Below, in pieces: positions 35,095 through 38,689 of a DNA stretch of 38,689 bases (the stretch's first letter is position 1; each line of letters starts with the position of its first letter). Origin of the DNA: a bacterium (GTDB lineage Bacteria; Patescibacteriota; Minisyncoccia; Phycocordibacterales; UBA918); the NCBI GenBank assembly GCA_002710785.1, contig PAMC01000011.1, forward strand, positions 32,264-70,952. Direction: 5' to 3'. The position numbers and the translations under genes are program-made. Below the pieces are notes generated by a model. It ran no database searches, was not told the origin of the DNA, and saw only the letters and a program-made list of their open reading frames with translations.

Positions 35095-35121
35095 AAAACC
35101 GCTCTGTTGAGCGGTTTTATT
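35095..35121 (+). terminator. Rho-independent terminator of xth
   Basis: AAAACCGCTC-TGTT-GAGCGGTTTT, then ATT. Confidence 0.75.
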
Positions 35122-35201
35122 GCAATTCTCAAGGAGTTGTCTTTTATAAAGGACACGATTTAGGACAAGCACTCGGGTAATCCACAGTTGTCCCCAGGTA
35201 C

Positions 35202-35235
35202 TGTCCTTTACAACATTTTGTAAAGGACATAGTAT
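35202..35235 (+). promoter_or_regulatory. promoter with an embedded 11-bp inverted repeat operator
   Basis: TTTACA (35207-35212), 17-nt spacer, TAGTAT (35230-35235). The perfect inverted repeat TGTCCTTTACA / TGTAAAGGACA (35202-35212 / 35219-35229) spans the -35 box and spacer. A related imperfect palindrome TGTCTTTTATAAAGGACA lies at 35138-35155. Confidence 0.45.
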
Positions 35236-35286
35236 ATGTGCAGGCCCAGAGAGGGCAAGATGAGTTTGACAATCGTATACTTCCTC

Positions 35287-35335
35287 TGAGTCGGAACGAG
35301 TACCGAAGTAGTAGAGCGCTTCGCTACTCCTTCCG
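35287..35335 (+). repeat. structured motif, copy 1
   Basis: TGAGTCGGAACGAGTACCGAAGTAGTAGAGCGCTTCGCTACTCCTTCCG. Lower stem CGGAACGAGTA/TACTCCTTCCG (one C-C mismatch), upper stem CGAAG/CTTCG, loop TAGTAGAGCG. Preceded by ATCGTAT and 8 nt. Confidence 0.7.
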
Positions 35336-35488
35336 CCTTGGAGGAGGCATACACGTAGAGCGACGCGATGATTTTCACCACGTCAGTCAGACACGCTTAA
35401 ACCGATCTTTCGAATAGAAGAAAAGTATATACCTCCAATTACTTTCTTCACCATACGTTCAACATTCCCACCTATCGTATTCGGCCCG

Positions 35489-35537
35489 TGAGTCGGAACG
35501 AGTACCAGAGTAGTAGAGCGCTCTGATACTCCTTCCG
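35489..35537 (+). repeat. structured motif, copy 2
   Basis: TGAGTCGGAACGAGTACCAGAGTAGTAGAGCGCTCTGATACTCCTTCCG. Identical to copy 1 except the upper stem CAGAG/CTCTG (two compensated pairs) and one junction base. Also preceded by ATCGTAT and 8 nt. Confidence 0.7.
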
Positions 35538-35712
35538 GCTCATGACAGCGAACATCCGGTTCGCGCAGTTACACTCACTAAGAGAGTAACGATCATTGAA
35601 GCCGAGTACAACGAAGAGATGAGTTATGTCACTGGGTTTAAGTTTCGAAGTGAAACGCCCAATAATGCGAACCTAATGGTTCACGACAATGTAGAGCTCA
35701 CTCACCACTCAA

Positions 35713-35779
35713 GGCCGGAAGGCACCGGAGCTGATACACCCACCACTTTATCAGCCCCGATTCCTTCCGGTCTTTTTTA
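35713..35779 (+). terminator. strong Rho-independent terminator
   Basis: Long imperfect hairpin (outer CCGGAAGG/CCTTCCGG, inner GAGCTGATA/TATCAGC) followed by TCTTTTTTA. Only an A-run precedes it on the minus strand, so it is plus-strand specific. Confidence 0.8.
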
Positions 35780-35890
35780 TTTTACTTGCCTTTTCCGCCC
35801 CTAAAGCGAATAATACTAAGTAAAATAGGGAGTATTTACCTAGTTGACCTGGTAAGTTGTCCCAATACACACTTTTAGTTTTTTGGCTTT

Positions 35891-37369
35891 TTACCCCACT
35901 TTATGCTCACGCTCGATGGCTTTGATGGCGGCAGCTTCCTCGGCGGCTTGTTTTTCCTTACCTTTTTCGGCCAGCGCCTCTAAATCGCTTATTTCTAGGG
36001 CTAAAAGCTCCTCGGTGCGGGTGTCCAGGTACTCTTCGGTGTTATTTTCAGGGGTTTCCAACACCTCTTCAAGCAGTGCGTGCAGTATAAAACCAAGCTT
36101 TTTCCCCGGTTTTTCCCCAAACTTATCCATAATGTGGTCGCCATTGGTTTTGAGCATTTTGACCGAAATTGGGTCACGCCGGGCCTGATCGACCATGGCT
36201 TTGTACTTGCGAAAGCGAAACGGCTGCTCTTTGGGTCGACCGGTGCCGATGCGGTCGCAGACGCGTAAATTGAGCAGATCTTCGATATTTTCCTCGCCAA
36301 TCCGAACAATGGTGCGGCGCACGGCCGAAAGCGTAATTTCGTCAGGATCAGCGAAAAACATGTGCCAACGCACCAATTTCTCGACTTTTTCGGCTGTTTC
36401 ACGTGGCATCTTAAGACGCTGCATGATTTTACGCGTCATTTTTGCCCCCACTACCTCATGTCCAAAGAAGGTATAACGCTTTGTTTTACCCCCTTCCCGG
36501 CGGGTCGCAGGCTTGGCAATGTCGTGCAAGAGGCCAGCCAGCCGCAATTCGAGCTCAAAACCCTTATCTGCAGCTGCCTGAGCAGTCCGCAGATTGTGCT
36601 CGTAGACGTCAAAATCGTGAATACCACCTTGTTCGCAGCCAATACCCTCCTTGAGCTCTGGAACGACAAAATCGAGAATACCCAGCCGCTCAAGCATAAC
36701 AATCCCCTGCAGTGGCGTAGTTGAGCCAATAATTCGCAAAAATTCGTCGCGCACACGCTCGATAGCAATGTCCTTTAGAAGTTCATGGTGCTCGGCAATT
36801 GCCGTCAGCGTCTCATTTTCGATGGCAAAATTAAGCTCAGCCGCTAGGCGCACGGCGCGCATCATGCGCAGCGCGTCCTCACTAAAGCGCTCGACCGGAT
36901 TACCAACCGTTTTAAGCCGTTTTTTGCCAATATCCCCCACTCCGTCGAATAAATCGACCAGTTTTTCTTCCTGAGGGCGCCAGGCCATGGCGTTAACGGT
37001 AAAATCGCGTCGTTTAAGGTCTTCTTCGAGCGACACGCCGAAGGTAACGCTGTCGGGTCGGCGGCGGTCGCTGTAGCCGCTCTCGGCCCGGTAGGGCGTA
37101 ACCTCAACTACTTTATGGGTCTCATCATCAACCGCTTCATTTATTACCCCAACGGTGCCGTAGTCGTTATTGCAGTAAGTTTCGTCTGGTCCAAATAGCT
37201 CTTGAATTTCGGTGGGTGTAGCGTTGGTGGTGATGTCCCAGTCTTTGGGGGTTTTGCCGATGCAGAGGTCGCGCACGCAGCCACCGACTAAATACGCCTC
37301 AAAACCTGCTTTTTCTAGGGTTTCTGCGACGTTTAGGACGGGCTGTGGAATCTGGGTGCGCGTAATCAT
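35891..37369 (-). CDS. cca: CCA-adding tRNA nucleotidyltransferase with HD domain
   Basis: GGCVRDLCIGKTPKDWDITT head domain and HD motif LLHDIAKP. 492 aa. Confidence 0.88.
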   Translation of the reverse strand: MITRTQIPQPVLNVAETLEKAGFEAYLVGGCVRDLCIGKTPKDWDITTNATPTEIQELFGPDETYCNNDYGTVGVINEAVDDETHKVVEVTPYRAESGYSDRRRPDSVTFGVSLEEDLKRRDFTVNAMAWRPQEEKLVDLFDGVGDIGKKRLKTVGNPVERFSEDALRMMRAVRLAAELNFAIENETLTAIAEHHELLKDIAIERVRDEFLRIIGSTTPLQGIVMLERLGILDFVVPELKEGIGCEQGGIHDFDVYEHNLRTAQAAADKGFELELRLAGLLHDIAKPATRREGGKTKRYTFFGHEVVGAKMTRKIMQRLKMPRETAEKVEKLVRWHMFFADPDEITLSAVRRTIVRIGEENIEDLLNLRVCDRIGTGRPKEQPFRFRKYKAMVDQARRDPISVKMLKTNGDHIMDKFGEKPGKKLGFILHALLEEVLETPENNTEEYLDTRTEELLALEISDLEALAEKGKEKQAAEEAAAIKAIEREHKVG

Positions 37370-37396
37370 AGTGGCTGTATTGTAGCAGAATTATGA

Positions 37397-37425
37397 TTGC
37401 CTTTTTACGCTCAGCAACGTATAGT
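37397..37425 (+). promoter_or_regulatory. promoter of tRNA-Arg
   Basis: TTGCCT, 17 nt, TATAGT, ending 9 nt before the tRNA 5' end. Confidence 0.55.
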
Positions 37426-37434
37426 ATTGTGCCT

Positions 37435-37506
37435 GCACCCATGGTGAAATGGATATCACAACTGACTTCGGATCAGTCGTTCTGGGTTCGAGTCCTGGTG
37501 GGTGCA
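37435..37506 (+). tRNA. tRNA-Arg (anticodon UCG)
   Basis: Folded by hand. Acceptor GCACCCA/TGGGTGC, D-arm GTGA-AATGGATA-TCAC, anticodon arm ACTGA-CTTCGGA-TCAGT, T-arm CTGGG-TTCGAGT-CCTGG (two G-U pairs). No encoded CCA. Confidence 0.8.
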
Positions 37507-37548
37507 CAATGTAAAAGAGCGTCAGATGGCGTTCTTTTTCATTTTCCA

Positions 37549-37577
37549 TTGCCGTTTCCGGGATTATAGTCTATAAT
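37549..37577 (+). promoter_or_regulatory. promoter upstream of tRNA-Gly
   Basis: TTGCCG, 17 nt, TATAAT. It predicts a leader of about 70 nt before the tRNA. Confidence 0.55.
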
Positions 37578-37652
37578 CGGCAGCACTGTTTGTAGCGAAT
37601 GGCGCGGACGTACTGCAAAATCGCCCAAAAACAGCTCTAAAACTTAATATTT

Positions 37653-37723
37653 GCGGCCATAGTTTAGTGGTAAAACGTATCGTTGCCAACGATAAGTCGG
37701 GGTTTCGATTACCCCTGGCCGCA
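37653..37723 (+). tRNA. tRNA-Gly (anticodon GCC)
   Basis: Acceptor GCGGCCA/TGGCCGC, D-arm GTTT-AGTGGTA-AAAC, anticodon arm TATCG-TTGCCAA-CGATA, T-arm GGGGT-TTCGATT-ACCCC. No encoded CCA. Confidence 0.9.
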
Positions 37724-37732
37724 CAAATCGGT

Positions 37733-37776
37733 AAACAACAAAATAACTACCCGAATGGGTAGTTATTTTGTTGTTT
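37733..37776 (+). terminator. terminator after tRNA-Gly
   Basis: 20-bp perfect stem AAACAACAAAATAACTACCC-GAAT-GGGTAGTTATTTTGTTGTTT. Confidence 0.8.
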
Positions 37777-38017
37777 AGCACCTGAACTGCTCTGCTTGCG
37801 GGCAGCTTTGTGAGCCGGAGACATGTTTTTTTGCGCCTATACTAGCGCAAAAACGGTCGAGGCCGGGTGAGAAGTGCTGGGAGCACTTCGCAAGAGGTTG
37901 CCAGCTGCGTTAGCAGCGACAACCTAAATAGCTTCTGTAAGGAGGAAGTTCTTATGAGCGTAAGCGAATTAGAAACTTGACCCCAAGTAAAAGAGTTAGC
38001 CTGCACCAAACAGCAAC

Positions 38018-38317
38018 TTAACGTTGAACTTTAGCTAACTCACTAATTTTCTTGGCCATCTCAACATCCGTATCAGTGATTTGGTTACCAACATCATGGG
38101 TACAGAATGAGAATGATACCTTGGTGTATGAACAACAAAATTCCGGATGGTGATTCATTTGCTCCGCTAGCACCCCTACCTTCTGTATGAAATCCATAGT
38201 GTCTGCGAAAGTTTTAAAGGTATATGTTGCTTCTAACTGATTTCCGTTCACGGACCACCCAGGTAGTTCTTTAAGGTTGGCATTGATCTGGTCTAGGCTC
38301 AAAACCGCGTGTTTCAT
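38018..38317 (-). CDS. pterin-4-alpha-carbinolamine dehydratase-like protein
   Basis: LPGWSV...MNHHPEF...THD pattern and the 99-aa length typical of the PCD/DCoH family. Confidence 0.8.
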   Translation of the reverse strand: MKHAVLSLDQINANLKELPGWSVNGNQLEATYTFKTFADTMDFIQKVGVLAEQMNHHPEFCCSYTKVSFSFCTHDVGNQITDTDVEMAKKISELAKVQR

Positions 38318-38473
38318 GTGAAAATACTAGCATAAATACAGCTTTTGGGGATAACTGTGGAAAACTCAGTGTATAAGTGGATAAAGGACAATGTTTACAT
38401 GTCGCATATGTTAAATTATAATCATAATTATAGCTGTATTTGTTGCTTTTATAGTAGAAATTAAAAATATAAA

Positions 38474-38487
38474 CGTTTCACGTGAAA
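38474..38487. promoter_or_regulatory. 14-bp perfect palindrome abutting the yraN start codon
   Basis: GTTTCACGTGAAAC ends 1 nt before ATG 38489. Confidence 0.4.
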
Positions 38488-38488
38488 C

Positions 38489-38689
38489 ATGTTACAGGGC
38501 AGTAAAAAAGGTAAAAAGAATAGAATCGGTGCGATTGGGGAGGAAATTGCTCGGCGTTTCATGAGAAACAGGGGTTTTTTGTTATTACAGCAGAACTATT
38601 GGCAAAAATGGGGCGAAATAGATCTCATTATGCAAAAAGACGCTTCTGTGCACTTTGTAGAGATTAAAACCGTTTCCCATGAAACAAAA
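38489..38689 (+). CDS. yraN: YraN/UPF0102 family endonuclease-like protein, first 67 codons (runs off the right edge)
   Basis: My translation: MLQGSKKGKKNRIGAIGEEIARRFMRNRGFLLLQQNYWQKWGEIDLIMQKDASVHFVEIKT. The G..GE..A, GEIDLI and FVEIK motifs are characteristic of the family. Confidence 0.75.
   Translation, partial: MLQGSKKGKKNRIGAIGEEIARRFMRNRGFLLLQQNYWQKWGEIDLIMQKDASVHFVEIKTVSHETK

Larger units (their letters stand above)
35243..35779 (+). ncRNA. candidate noncoding RNA of about 540 nt, unknown class
   Basis: ORF-free stretch between a promoter-like element and a strong terminator. It contains two copies of a 49-nt hairpin with compensatory substitutions. The 5' end is estimated from the promoter only. 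Confidence 0.45.

Noticed and set aside
35619-35804. 61-aa plus-strand ORF in the noncoding locus.
   Set aside because: It reads straight through the terminator hairpin and T-tract and has no SD. It is better explained as part of the candidate RNA.
35023-35890. Possibility that the ORF-free locus is RNase P RNA, tmRNA, SRP RNA, 6S RNA or a T-box.
   Set aside because: I could not find their universal motifs by eye: GGAAAGUCC and ACAGAA..GGCUUA; a GGGG..acceptor with a GGUUCGA T-loop and tag ORF; a helix-8 GGAA/AGCA; or AGGGUGGNACCGCG. The GGGGCTGATA on the minus strand at about 35750 is simply one arm of the terminator hairpin. An Infernal scan is still needed.
1-38689. CRISPR arrays and rRNA genes.
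   Set aside because: No series of regularly spaced direct repeats and no rRNA-like conserved stretches were seen on either strand. The only RNA genes supported are the two tRNAs.
37960-38689. The AT-rich right end (PCD-like gene, yraN) could be a second island integrated near tRNA-Gly.
   Set aside because: The composition shift starts about 240 bp after the tRNA rather than at its 3' end. No repeat of the tRNA 3' end is visible. The genes are ordinary housekeeping types, and the window ends before any boundary could be tested.

Overview
This is a bacterial chromosomal window. The GC-rich backbone carries housekeeping genes: rsmA, uvrD/pcrA, a LysM-M23 peptidase, pnp, a NYN-domain gene, rpsO, a SurA-like chaperone, a cold-shock protein, an M24 peptidase, an MBL hydrolase, xth, cca, tRNA-Arg(UCG), tRNA-Gly(GCC), a PCD-like gene and yraN. 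It also carries several exported or membrane-anchored hypothetical proteins. The gene content resembles a small-genome, CPR/Patescibacteria-like organism, but that is inference only. The main feature is a comM/yifB gene cut into two minus-strand fragments (19366..20337 and 6707..7315) by a visibly AT-rich insertion of about 12.1 kb. The insertion is bounded by a 7-bp direct repeat (CATAAAC at 7313 and 19408). It encodes a large serine recombinase, a PrimPol-helicase replication module and a convergent C5-methyltransferase/putative endonuclease pair. It also carries a divergent cargo pair with no assigned biology: an RNase HI-like protein with an extra C-terminal domain, and a 599-aa protein with a nuclease-like C-terminus (possibly TIGR04141/DUF6119-like). 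This pair, and the element as a whole, are my best candidates for the undescribed system. Second candidate: an 870-bp ORF-free locus (35023..35890) with a promoter/operator, a strong terminator and two copies of a 49-nt hairpin whose differences are compensatory base-pair changes, suggesting an unclassified structured RNA. Third: a secreted alpha/beta-hydrolase plus small membrane protein cassette followed by a decayed second copy. No CRISPR array, rRNA, transposase or phage structural genes were seen. All family assignments come from motifs read in the translations; no database search was run.
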